Source: an uncultured Candidatus Binatia bacterium
GTDB lineage: Bacteria > Desulfobacterota > Binatia > UBA9968 > CAXXLF01
Length of the DNA stretch: 64,000 nucleotides
NCBI GenBank assembly: GCA_965218425.1
Contig: OZ244621.1
Span: 1,568,001 to 1,632,000 of the forward strand
Direction of reading: 5' to 3'
Numbering within the stretch: the stretch's first letter is position 1; the number at the start of each line of letters is the position of its first letter. Below, one piece after another: positions 17,859-27,599 of this stretch. Position numbers and translations under genes: made by a program. The notes under the pieces are model-generated. The model worked only from the letters and a program-made list of their open reading frames with translations. It was not told where the DNA came from and did no database searches.

Positions 17859-19222
17859 CGCCTGCCCGCGCGGCGCAGGGCCGCCGGCGTGAAGTCCCTG
17901 GAGGTGAACTTGACATCGTAGGAGCACATCGGGAACTCGTTGTCGAGTCCGAGGGCGAGATAGCGTCCCGCCTGCAAGTCGGTATGCACCTCGAGCGTCG
18001 GCCATAGCAGCGGCTTCTCGTAGTAGTTGATGACGTGACCTTCCGACACCCGCCAGAGCTGGTCGCGGTTGTCGTAGATGTCGACGAGAAGGATCTGCCA
18101 GGAGTCCTCGTCCACGTACAGGGTGCGCCGCTTGTAGATGTGGCGCGCGCCCTCCTTGAGCGTCGCCTCCACCACCCACAGCCGATGCAGCTCGTAGCGC
18201 AGATGCTTCGGGTTGACGTGCAACGGCGTAAGGATGTCGTCGAAGGCAAGCTCGCTGCTGTGCAGCTTGTAGGAGTTGTAGGGCACGACCATCTCGCGCT
18301 TGCCGACGAGCTTCCAGTCGTAGCGGTCGACGGCGCCGTTGAACATGTCGAACTGATCGGCGGTGCGCAGCCCGTCCGATGTGGTACCCGGGTTGTCATA
18401 GGCGACGTTCGGGGCGCGCCGCACCCGGCGCTGGCCGGGGTTGTAGGTCCATGCGTTGCGGGGCTGCCGGACCTGGTTCATGGTCTCGTGAACCAGCAGG
18501 AGATCGCCCGCGAGCCGCGCCGGCGCCAGCACCTTCTGCTTGAACAGCACCATCGTGTTGCCGAGCCGCTCCTCGGTCATGCCCGGGAGCGAGTAACGGA
18601 CCTCGATCTCGAGCCCGTACTTGACCATCGTGTAGGCGCCGCCGCGGGTGACCGCAGCCTGGCCCATGTTGCATTTCACCGATTCGCCCCGGTAGCGCAG
18701 CAGGTGGTTCCAGACCACCTCCAGAGCGTTCTTCGGGATCGGGAACGGGATGCCGACCACCGCGCCGCCTACGCCGTTACCGTTGTCAACCAGCTTCGCG
18801 GTGGCGGCCACTCTCCGGGTAGCGTCGTAGATCCGCTGCGGAGCAGAGGCGCTGCGCCGGGTCGCGTAGACCGAGATCTCGAACGTCGGGTAGGTCTCCA
18901 GCATGCGCTGGTGGCCGATGGAGAGCTTGTCGCGGTGCTTATCGAGGTTGGCGGCGTTGATGACGTAAAGCGGCCGATCACCCGCGTACGGATCGCGATG
19001 GTGCTCGCCTAGCCGGTAGCCCGCGGGCGGCTCGGTGATGCCGCCGGTCCACTCGGGGATAGTGCCTTCGGCGTTGCCGGCCCGTTCCCCTCCAAGGGGG
19101 GTGAGGTCGCGGCCGAGCCGCGCGATGTCGCCCGCGGAGGTCTCCGCGGCGGCAGGCCGGGTTAGAGCGCTCGCAAGAACGAGCGCCGTGGCGAGTCGAA
19201 TAGTGAGTGTTTTCATGTTCAT
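17855..19222 (-). CDS. DUF1329-domain exported protein (LolA-like fold)
   Basis: Signal peptide, LTPLGGERAGNAEGTIPEWTGG, PGQRRVRRAP, RYELHRLWVVEAT and KRRTLYVDEDSW. Confidence 0.88.
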   Translation of the reverse strand: MNMKTLTIRLATALVLASALTRPAAAETSAGDIARLGRDLTPLGGERAGNAEGTIPEWTGGITEPPAGYRLGEHHRDPYAGDRPLYVINAANLDKHRDKLSIGHQRMLETYPTFEISVYATRRSASAPQRIYDATRRVAATAKLVDNGNGVGGAVVGIPFPIPKNALEVVWNHLLRYRGESVKCNMGQAAVTRGGAYTMVKYGLEIEVRYSLPGMTEERLGNTMVLFKQKVLAPARLAGDLLLVHETMNQVRQPRNAWTYNPGQRRVRRAPNVAYDNPGTTSDGLRTADQFDMFNGAVDRYDWKLVGKREMVVPYNSYKLHSSELAFDDILTPLHVNPKHLRYELHRLWVVEATLKEGARHIYKRRTLYVDEDSWQILLVDIYDNRDQLWRVSEGHVINYYEKPLLWPTLEVHTDLQAGRYLALGLDNEFPMCSYDVKFTSRDFTPAALRRAGRR

Positions 19223-19227
19223 GGCTC

Positions 19228-21261
19228 TCAGAAGGAGTATTTGACCGTGGCGGTGATGAAGTCGCGGTCTCTCAATTTGTTTCTGCGGCCGGCGAACTGG
19301 GTGTAGCCGAGGTTGGCCTCCCAGCGGCTGAGATAGCCAGCGCGCAAGCCGAGAGTCAGCGCGGTCCGGCCCTCCACGAACGAACCGCTCGGTGAGGGGC
19401 TGTTGCCGCTGACGCCGTGTCCGAGCTGAAGATACGGGAACAGGTTCACCGCGCCGACCGCGTTGTTGTAGTCGAGCCGAGCCGCCAGCCGGTAGCCCCA
19501 GGAGGTGGCATCGGCGTCGTTGAAGTCGTCCCCTACGCCACCGGCGGGGCTTTCCAGGGGCAGGTCGCTCGGAGTCAGGGACGCGGAGGCTACGCCCTTG
19601 CCGTCCGGCATGCTGTGCACGTGCATCAGCGCCACTTCGGTCACGAACGCCCCGCTGTCCGATCCCAGGACGGGGCCGAACACCTTGGTGGCGGTGGCCT
19701 GGACCTGGCTCACGTCGCGCAGGACGTAGCCGACGGTGTCCGCGTCGTATAGACCGTCCGCGATGTTCCCGCCGATGCAGGCGGGGCCGTCCGCGGGGTT
19801 CGCGGCGCTGCGGCGGAGACAGCCGGTGAACGGCCCGAGGGCGTCAGCGAACACTTTGCGTTCCGCGAGCTGTAGCGGCGCATCGCGGCGATAGGAATAC
19901 TCGCCCTGCAGCGCCCAGCCCGTCGTTCCGATCACAGTGTTGAAGCTGACGCCGTAGAGCTGGATGTTCTCGGGATACTCGATGAAGTAGTGCCCGTTCT
20001 CGGCGTATCTGTCGATGCCGGCGGCTTGAGCGGCGGCTCCGGCGGCGGCTTTAGCCCGGGTTGCAGCCACGGTCTGAACGCTGCTTGCGATGGCGCCGCA
20101 CTGCGGGCTGTGAGCCGGGGAGGGACACTGCGCCGCAGTCAAGGCGGCGGTCACGGCGGCCTGCACGATCTCCGGGACGGCCGTGCCGGCAGCGGCGAAC
20201 ATATCCCCGGCGGCCCTCAAGCCGGCCACGGCGTCAGCCGCCGTCCCGGTATGCGCGCTGACGACCGGCAGGCGGCTGTGGTAGTTCATGTAGTAGAAGC
20301 CGAACTCGGTGTTGTTCAATCCCTCGGCGAGATAACGGAACGCGATGCCCCATTGGCCCGAGTCGCGGGGGTCGTGATCCGCTTCACGGCCTGCTATCAG
20401 GAAGTCGGGATCCTCCTCGGTGACGGCGCTGAAAGCGCCGGCGACAGAGGTCCGGGAGAAGATGGTGAAGGGATTGTTTTCCGTGGTCAGGCCCATGTCG
20501 CCGAGGTCCAGGCCGGGGAGGGCGATCACCGCTTGTTCCGCGCCCGGACCAACGTAGTCGACGGTCGAGAAGTAGCTGCCGACCGGGTCGATCTCGGTCT
20601 TCTCCCAGTCGAGCTGGTAGAAGCCCTCCACCGACAGGTTGGGGGTCGGCGCCACTGACGCCGAAACCATCGGGATCGCCAGCAACGCCTCTCGCAACTC
20701 TGCGCCCGGAACCCTGAGCTTGCTCACGTCGAACGGGTTGATGGCGTTGACGCCGTTCTGGATGAACGTGCTCTCTCCCCAGTTGAGCACGTGCTTACCG
20801 AGCCGCACATCGACCGCGGCGTCACCGACATCGAACGCTCCGGTAAGGTAGGCGTCGAGCACATCGATGTCTTTCCCCACCCCGGCCTTCGCCTGCGGGG
20901 ACAGGGGGGTGCGCTCCCGCGAGCCGTTTTCGTTTTCGAAGTCGAAGAATCCGCTGGCGCGAACGAACAACCCGAAGTTGCGGTAGTCGAGATCGAGGTC
21001 GCTGGTGAGCTTGAAGGCATTGCTGACGATGCCGCGCTTGTAGTTGAGATCGCCGTCGTTGTCGTTGACGTCGGCGGCCAATATTTTGTCGCGCTTGTCG
21101 ACACGGAAAGTCAGGCCGTACGAGATCGTGGTGTCGAGGCTCGCCTCGAGCTCACCGGAACCGAACTCCACCGCCTGCGCCTGCGTTCCGCACAGGAACC
21201 AGCCGAGCGCAAGTACGCAGGCCGACATGAAGACGAACTCACGGACGGATTCGAGCTTCAT
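19228..21261 (-). CDS. DUF1302-domain outer-membrane protein
   Basis: Signal peptide AQA, NDNDGDLNY, RLGKHVLNWGES, NYHSRLP, YPENIQLYG and terminal DRDFITATVKYSF. Confidence 0.88.
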   Translation of the reverse strand: MKLESVREFVFMSACVLALGWFLCGTQAQAVEFGSGELEASLDTTISYGLTFRVDKRDKILAADVNDNDGDLNYKRGIVSNAFKLTSDLDLDYRNFGLFVRASGFFDFENENGSRERTPLSPQAKAGVGKDIDVLDAYLTGAFDVGDAAVDVRLGKHVLNWGESTFIQNGVNAINPFDVSKLRVPGAELREALLAIPMVSASVAPTPNLSVEGFYQLDWEKTEIDPVGSYFSTVDYVGPGAEQAVIALPGLDLGDMGLTTENNPFTIFSRTSVAGAFSAVTEEDPDFLIAGREADHDPRDSGQWGIAFRYLAEGLNNTEFGFYYMNYHSRLPVVSAHTGTAADAVAGLRAAGDMFAAAGTAVPEIVQAAVTAALTAAQCPSPAHSPQCGAIASSVQTVAATRAKAAAGAAAQAAGIDRYAENGHYFIEYPENIQLYGVSFNTVIGTTGWALQGEYSYRRDAPLQLAERKVFADALGPFTGCLRRSAANPADGPACIGGNIADGLYDADTVGYVLRDVSQVQATATKVFGPVLGSDSGAFVTEVALMHVHSMPDGKGVASASLTPSDLPLESPAGGVGDDFNDADATSWGYRLAARLDYNNAVGAVNLFPYLQLGHGVSGNSPSPSGSFVEGRTALTLGLRAGYLSRWEANLGYTQFAGRRNKLRDRDFITATVKYSF

Positions 21262-21671
21262 GCGCCGACATTAACGCCCGACAGCTGAGGTTGTCAAGAT
21301 GTTTCTGGCCTTATGCGGATGTCTGTCAGCGTAAAGCGGCAATATCCCCTTTTGAGAATAAGGGGAGGGGAAATGATAGAGAGAGACCGCTGCATAACTG
21401 CCGTGAACATGTTAAGACAAGTCATGCAAAAGTCATTCACGACGCAACCCGAGATGTTTGTATCGAGCAGGGAAGTGGATCGGAGGTCTCATATTGTAGT
21501 TGTAGCCGGTCAAACTGCAGTTTTTGGGCGAAGGGGGCCTGCACCGAAGTGAGCGATGAGTTGCGAGGGCTGCGGACTGAGCAGGTTAGAGAAGAAATTG
21601 AGAACAGAAGATTGCGGGGAGCAGAGCGCAAAGCAACCGTGGAGTGCAGGTTTAACATCCATCTCTCACCG

Positions 21672-22427
21672 TCACAGAACTTGGATGAGAGGAACCTTCA
21701 CGTAGTCGGTACGGCAAGGCGCCCCAGCCGCATGGTAATAGTGGAATTGCCCCTCATCTTTTCCGTATAGGATTATGGTTGAGGAAACCGTGCCGTAACC
21801 TTCAGCGTGGACGCATATGGCGTCTCTCGAGCCTCTGTCACCATGAACCCTATGATTGCTCAAGATCCCCTTAAACGAACCTACAAAAGAAGATCGATCA
21901 CCCTGATTCATATGGTCTACGGCCTTTGAAAACAGACCATGGGCGCCACTCGCTTTACCCGTAGGGGGATCATAAACGGCGACGTTACCTAGGACATGGA
22001 GGCCTTTATCCAGGGTCACGCAGTCGATATCTCTCTCAGTGTTAAAAGCCACAACCGCCTTGGTGGTGTCGGCAAAGAGCAAATTGAACGGCCGATATGC
22101 GGCGGCCTTTTCCCGCCGCAAGATCGCAATCGCTTTATCCGGCGCACTGGCCTTCAGAACCTCCAGACAAAGCGTGCCTCTAGATTTGATCCCTGCCCCT
22201 TCTCGGTTCACCTCAGATCTGCGATTCAAAATTCCAACCAACAAACCGTGTCTATTGACCCCCAGCCAGGTCCCCCCGGCTAAAAGGTCTTTCCCTCCAA
22301 AAATCCTGGGCTCGTCCATCAACACTTGAGGCGGGCCGGAGGGACGACCGAACTGTTCATCCCTGTTGGCGGCAACCACGAGCGGATATTCCGAGAACTG
22401 CTGGAAGTATAGGGCCAGGGTACACAT
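21672..22427 (-). CDS. NRDE/TANGO2 family protein
   Basis: MCTL...AANRDE...RP, GGTWLGVN, SRG, FNL and YGTVSST. Confidence 0.9.
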   Translation of the reverse strand: MCTLALYFQQFSEYPLVVAANRDEQFGRPSGPPQVLMDEPRIFGGKDLLAGGTWLGVNRHGLLVGILNRRSEVNREGAGIKSRGTLCLEVLKASAPDKAIAILRREKAAAYRPFNLLFADTTKAVVAFNTERDIDCVTLDKGLHVLGNVAVYDPPTGKASGAHGLFSKAVDHMNQGDRSSFVGSFKGILSNHRVHGDRGSRDAICVHAEGYGTVSSTIILYGKDEGQFHYYHAAGAPCRTDYVKVPLIQVL

Positions 22428-22587
22428 GAAAGGGTCAGGGCAATGATAGCCTGAAAAAGGTCGGAGCCAAACCGTCGATCCCGGATTCGGTTGTCACATC
22501 CTGGTCCAGAAGCTTCCCAAGCCTTGCAAATTTATTCGATTTATGGTTTAATTTCAATAGCTTACGCCTTTAAAGAAACGCCTGTAA

Positions 22588-22896
22588 TGGACCAAAAGCC
22601 CCCGCTCCAGCGGCTACGCCATGATCGAGCTGCCGGTCAATCTCGCGATCATGGGGATCTTAACGGCTATATCCGTGTCCACCTCCATGAGCCACAAGAA
22701 GCAGGCGCACGTCACCAGCGCCAAGGCCGATTTTAAAAATGTTCACCTGGCCGTAGAGGCACTTGCAGCCGACACGGAGAAACGGCCCGGACCCAATGGG
22801 CAAGGTCAAAACGATTATGATCCCGATGACGTCTACCGGATCCTTCCCTTTCCAGTTCAAGCCGCCGTTTTACGCATCGGCCCGAAGCACCTCTAG
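22588..22896 (+). pseudogene. Decayed type IV pilin/pseudopilin
   Basis: SG|YAMIELPVNLAIMGILTAIS resembles G|FTLIEL..V.AI.GIL.AI. An in-frame TAA at 22585-22587 cuts the leader, and the C-terminus runs into ybbP. Confidence 0.55.
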
Positions 22897-25419
22897 GGGC
22901 GGACGGTCACAGATTCCACGGCTATTGAGCAAGCCCACCAGGACGGTCAGACCCGTGACAATGAACAGCGCAATGAAAATGGGCTCCCGGCCGGGTTGAT
23001 AAAAGACGTCAAAAACAAAATAGGCCAGCGCCCAACTGGCAGCCAACGCCAGAAGGATCCCGCTCAATGCCGCCATTCCTCCCAAACATAAGTACTCGAC
23101 GAGCATAATTTTTCTAACCTGTGCATGAGAGGCGCCCAGGGTGCGCAATAGAACGCTCTCCCTGAGCCGTTGGTATCGACTGGTCATAACCGCCCCGGCC
23201 AAAACCATGAGACCCGTCAGGATACTGAAAAGCGCAATGAAGCGGATGGCAAAAGATACTTTTCCAAGAACCGAGTCTACCGTATCTAAAATCAGGGTCA
23301 GGTCGATAGTGGACACATTGGGAAATTTTTGCACCACGGCCCGCTGCAACTGAGCGGAGACGGCGTTGGAAGGAACTCTAATGACTTGAACGTAGTACTG
23401 TGGCGTCCCCTCCAGGACTCCCTTCGGAAACACCATGAAGAAATTCGGCCGGAAGCGCTGCCAGTCCACCTCACGGATGCTTCCCACGGTGGCGGCGAGC
23501 GGCACTCCATGGATATCAAATACCAGCTCATCGCCAAGGGTAACCTGGAGATCCTCTGCAATTCCCTTTTCCACGGAAATGGAAATCGTGCCGGATACCT
23601 GCTTGCGACCTCCGTGCCAAGATCCAGCCACGAGGGTCTCGGTATCGACCAAGTCATTTCGGTAGGTGGATCGGTACTGTCGACCTATGGCCCAGTTGGG
23701 GCTGCCCGAGTTTGGATCCTCGCGTATATCGTCCACATGTTTTCCCTTAATGGAGAGAAGGCGCATGGTGACAACCGGCGTTTCTTGAATGACGTTGAGT
23801 TGGAAGGTCTTCAATAAATCTACCAACCCCTTCCTTTGGTCCGCTTGAATCTCAAATAGGACCATGTTGGGTCGATCATCGCCGCCGGCCAGTGAAACCT
23901 TCTCCAACAGCATGCCCTGGGATTGATGGAGGGTCATGATCAGAAATGTCCCCAGTCCCAGAGACAACAGAAGAACCCGGGTTTGATTGTTCGGACGGTA
24001 GAGATTGGCTAACCCTTGGCGCCAGACATAGTTCCACGAGCCGGGAGTATACCTCTTCACCAGGGTGATCATCAGATTGGCAACCCCCACCAGGAGACCA
24101 AAGGCGAGACCCAGTCCCGCAGCAAATCCCAATCCATGAAGCCAATTTTCGGTTTGCAACAAAGCAAACAGGATGATCCCCAGGGCGATTAACCCGATTA
24201 ACACGCTACGCAAGGGGTCCTTTGAGACTGCGTGAGTTTCCGGCAACGAGGCTCGAAGGGTGAGCAGCGGCGACGTATGCCGTAAGGAAACCAAAGGGAG
24301 TAGCGCAAAGAGCAGTGCTACGCCGAGTCCAATCACGAGGCCGAGAATAAGCGCCGGCCAATAAATGGATTGTTCGATCCTGACGGGTAAAAAATCGCCG
24401 AGAACGGCGGGCAATAGACGCTGGATCAAGACGCCCGCCCCCACACCAAAGATTGCACCCGGAATGCCCATGAGCAGGGCTTGGATTGCATACAGGTTCA
24501 GAGATTGGCTCGCCTTGGCGCCTAAACACCGGAGGATTGCCACAGTAGGGACTTTCTGTTTCACGTAAATATGAATACCGCTGGCTACACCCACCCCCCC
24601 GAGCACCAAGGCAATAAACCCAACCAGGTTGAGAAAGCGCGTGAGGTTGCCCATGATCCCACCGAGGCGTTCTTTCCGTTCTTCCACCGTGTCCATCCGG
24701 AGCCCGTGATTTCGAAGATGAGGTTCAAGGGTCTCGATCAATCGCTCCATATCCCGCTCGGGCTCAAACTTGAAGAAGACTCGATATCGAACGATGCTCC
24801 CCTTCTTGATGAGTTTGGTTTCAGCCAATGTGCCCATGGGGATATAGACCCGAGGATGAATCATACCAATGGCAAGGGCCTCACCCGGTATTTTTTTGAG
24901 CCTTCCAACGACTTCATAGATCCGGGCACCGATCTTGATGGGATCCCCCACATGGGCGTCAAATTGAAGCAAAAGACTGTCGTCCACCAATGCAACGGGA
25001 CGCTTTTTTAATAGGTTTGCAGCGCCCGGGGGCTCGGTTGCCAATTTACCGTAGTATGGAAAATCTCCTTCCAGCGCCCTGATCCGCGCCAACCTTGTAG
25101 ATCGACTCTTGGGAAAATATACCATGGAGGAAAAGCTGACTTGCCGGGACTGTTCCCCTCCCAGGGATTTCATCAGCTGCACCGTGTCCTGGGCAAAGGG
25201 CCGCCGGCTCTTGATGACCAAGTCCGCACCCAGCAATGCCTTGGACTGGCGATCAATGGTCCGTTCGAGATTGTTCTGAAAGGAGGTGATGGCTACCAAT
25301 ACGGCCACCCCCAGGGTCGCTGACCCCATGGCCAAAAGTAGTCTTCGCCGGCTCCTACGGCTGTCCCGCCAGGCCATTTTCCATACCCAAGGGTCAAAGA
25401 AAAAGAGCTTCGATCTCAT
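22870..25419 (-). CDS. ybbP: ABC transporter permease, YbbP/FtsX-like
   Basis: MAWRDSRR, LLGADLVI, FPYYG, AILRCLGA, PNFFMVF and LRTLGAS; synteny with ybbA and tesA. Confidence 0.85.
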   Translation of the reverse strand: MRSKLFFFDPWVWKMAWRDSRRSRRRLLLAMGSATLGVAVLVAITSFQNNLERTIDRQSKALLGADLVIKSRRPFAQDTVQLMKSLGGEQSRQVSFSSMVYFPKSRSTRLARIRALEGDFPYYGKLATEPPGAANLLKKRPVALVDDSLLLQFDAHVGDPIKIGARIYEVVGRLKKIPGEALAIGMIHPRVYIPMGTLAETKLIKKGSIVRYRVFFKFEPERDMERLIETLEPHLRNHGLRMDTVEERKERLGGIMGNLTRFLNLVGFIALVLGGVGVASGIHIYVKQKVPTVAILRCLGAKASQSLNLYAIQALLMGIPGAIFGVGAGVLIQRLLPAVLGDFLPVRIEQSIYWPALILGLVIGLGVALLFALLPLVSLRHTSPLLTLRASLPETHAVSKDPLRSVLIGLIALGIILFALLQTENWLHGLGFAAGLGLAFGLLVGVANLMITLVKRYTPGSWNYVWRQGLANLYRPNNQTRVLLLSLGLGTFLIMTLHQSQGMLLEKVSLAGGDDRPNMVLFEIQADQRKGLVDLLKTFQLNVIQETPVVTMRLLSIKGKHVDDIREDPNSGSPNWAIGRQYRSTYRNDLVDTETLVAGSWHGGRKQVSGTISISVEKGIAEDLQVTLGDELVFDIHGVPLAATVGSIREVDWQRFRPNFFMVFPKGVLEGTPQYYVQVIRVPSNAVSAQLQRAVVQKFPNVSTIDLTLILDTVDSVLGKVSFAIRFIALFSILTGLMVLAGAVMTSRYQRLRESVLLRTLGASHAQVRKIMLVEYLCLGGMAALSGILLALAASWALAYFVFDVFYQPGREPIFIALFIVTGLTVLVGLLNSRGICDRPPLEVLRADA

Positions 25420-25790
25420 GATGACAGTGGACTAACCCTACCTATTTGAAGATTCGCTATTTCCTAATCGGGGGAAAAATGGCTCGCGTCCCTAGAAAGC
25501 CTCAGGACCCCGGAGGGGAATCGAGGGGCAAAGACGTAAAGTACGCCAAGCAAAACAAATTAAAAATCCGAAATTCGAAACAAATCCAATTGGCCAAAAA
25601 ACGTAAAATTCCAAATAAGCTCGTTTTGGATTCCGATTTTTTGATTTGAACATTTCGGTTGGTTTGAGATTCCGAGCTTCGGAATCAGGATTTTAATTCG
25701 TGGGGGTCCTGGCATGAAAAACTCTATTGAAGCCGCTCCGTTGAACATTTTATCGGTAAGAATCCGAACCTGGGGTTGGCACAAACCGAC
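25420..25790. repeat. Intergenic mosaic of degenerate 7-9 bp periodic repeats with inverted arms, inside the ybbA-ybbP operon
   Basis: GCAAAGACGTAAAGTACGCCAAG, AAATCCGAAATTCGAAACAAATCC and a loosely complementary arm GGTTTGAGATTCCGAGCTTCGGAATCAGGATTTT. Confidence 0.6.
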
Positions 25791-26522
25791 TCACAGGGGC
25801 AAAGATTTCTGACGCTCGGGTTCAAACACCCCATCGTCGTTCAGAGTATCAGAGCAAATGCTCCCATCCTTCAATTGGATTACACGGACGGTATGTTGGG
25901 TGAGCTCAGGATCATGGGTTGCCAGGATCAACGTTGTACCCGCAACCGTGTTCAACTCAAAAAGCAGAGTAATGATCCGCTTGCCGGTTTCCCCGTCAAG
26001 ATTGCCGGTGGGCTCGTCGGCAAACAGGATGCGGGGTCGGTTAATGAAGCTCCGCGCTATGGCCACCCGCTGCTGCTCGCCGCCTGAAAGCTGTGAGGGG
26101 TAATGATTCACCCGATCCCTTAAACCCACGCAGTCCAAAAGTTCCATGGCATGACTTTTGGCCTTCGTCTCGCCACAGAGTTCAGCAGGAACCATCACGT
26201 TCTCCAGCGCAGTGAGGGTAGGGATCAATTGGAAAGTCTGAAAAACGAATCCCGTGTATTTGTTTCGCACCTCGGCAAGCTCGTCTTCATTTAATTGATT
26301 CAGCTCGATATGATTCAAGGTCACCACCCCGGTGGTGGGCCGGTCTAGACCTGCGCAAAGACCAAGGAGGGTCGTTTTGCCACTACCCGAGGGGCCCACG
26401 ATGGCACAGGTGGTTCCTTTTTCCACGCTGAAGGCGAGATTTTTCAAGACCCTAATGGTACGATCAACGCTTTGGTAGGATTGACTGAGGCCGTTGACAT
26501 TCAAGATAGTGGAATTCGTCAT
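25791..26522 (-). CDS. ybbA: ABC transporter ATP-binding protein (YbbA/LolD-like)
   Basis: GPSGSGKTT, LSGGEQQRV, ADEPTGNLD and ATHD. Confidence 0.88.
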   Translation of the reverse strand: MTNSTILNVNGLSQSYQSVDRTIRVLKNLAFSVEKGTTCAIVGPSGSGKTTLLGLCAGLDRPTTGVVTLNHIELNQLNEDELAEVRNKYTGFVFQTFQLIPTLTALENVMVPAELCGETKAKSHAMELLDCVGLRDRVNHYPSQLSGGEQQRVAIARSFINRPRILFADEPTGNLDGETGKRIITLLFELNTVAGTTLILATHDPELTQHTVRVIQLKDGSICSDTLNDDGVFEPERQKSLPL

Positions 26523-26637
26523 AGTCTCAAATCGTTCTTAAACTGACGTTGCACGCTTGAAAAAAAGAATTCTTGAGCACTCGGGTTTGCTTGACAGAAA
26601 CTAATTAAACCATAATAGATACACGATTCAGCGCAAG

Positions 26638-27300
26638 ATGAAAGATGTTTTTCTTCTTCTTTTCTGGTTTTTTTTGTGTTCGCTAATGGGGGGGCTGAAA
26701 GTACCCGACGCGGCTTATGAATCTAAGGCCATTCTATTCCTGGGCAACAGCCTGACGGCGGGATACGGCCTGGATGCCACACAGGCGTTTCCCGCCCTGA
26801 TCCAGAATCGGATCGATTCCATGGGGTGGAAATTTGAGGTTATCAATGCGGGGCAGAGCGGCGACACTTCGTCGGGCGGGCTTAGCCGGATCCAATGGTT
26901 GCTACGACGCGAGATCCATGTTTTGGTCTTAGAGCTGGGGATTAATGATGGGTTTCGCGGTATCCACGTGGAGGTCATTCGAAAAAACCTTCAAGCCATC
27001 ATCAATAGGACTAAGAGCAAATATCCGGAGGTCGAGGTGGTCCTTGCCGGAATGCAGGTGCCCCCGAATATGGGAAGTAGCTACGCTTCTAGCTTTAAGG
27101 CTATCTTTCCTCAATTGGCGAAGAAAAATGGAGCCCATCTCATACCATTTCTGCTGGAAGGGGTGGGCGGGAATCCCAACCTCAACCTCCCCGACGGCAT
27201 CCATCCTTCGGCCGAAGGTCACAAAATCGTTGCGGAAAACGTGTGGAAGGTGATGGAACCGCTGTTGAGATCCATGAAGGCTAACTCATTGCCTCAATGA
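26638..27300 (+). CDS. tesA: SGNH arylesterase / acyl-CoA thioesterase I
   Basis: GNSLTAG, NAGQSGDT, ELGINDG and DGIHP; divergent from ybbA as in the conserved locus. Confidence 0.88.
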   Translation: MKDVFLLLFWFFLCSLMGGLKVPDAAYESKAILFLGNSLTAGYGLDATQAFPALIQNRIDSMGWKFEVINAGQSGDTSSGGLSRIQWLLRREIHVLVLELGINDGFRGIHVEVIRKNLQAIINRTKSKYPEVEVVLAGMQVPPNMGSSYASSFKAIFPQLAKKNGAHLIPFLLEGVGGNPNLNLPDGIHPSAEGHKIVAENVWKVMEPLLRSMKANSLPQ

Positions 27301-27599
27301 ATGAATCATATATAGGATCACCTCGGTTGCAAATCGAGTTGGAGGCCTGTCGGCCTTCCCGGGAAGGGCAAATGGCATGGATGAAGGCGGCCATGGAAAA
27401 CGGTTACGACTATGCCACCTTGAGAGAGGACCTACCTGCGGAAAGGATACCTGCCGGTCGGCGGAAGATAAGGAGTCCAGCATATCTATACGGCAAATCC
27501 TGACTTGGGCAACATGACGCCCATAAAGGATCTCCTGAAAAAGGCCCGCCCCAAAGCCAAACGCAGGTAAGGCTTCTACCGAAAGTAAGGAGGCGAAGG

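Noticed and set aside
15131..20658. Long plus-strand ORFs 15131-17032, 18035-19012 and 19990-20658
   Set aside because: They are shadows of the GC-rich RND/YCF48/DUF1329/DUF1302 genes.
26638..27300. GNSL instead of GDSL as a sign of inactivation
   Set aside because: The catalytic Ser, oxyanion Gly/Asn and DxxH are all intact.
27297..27503. 68-aa ORF overlapping the tesA stop
   Set aside because: It has no recognisable motif. It could be a remnant, but that cannot be supported from the sequence alone.
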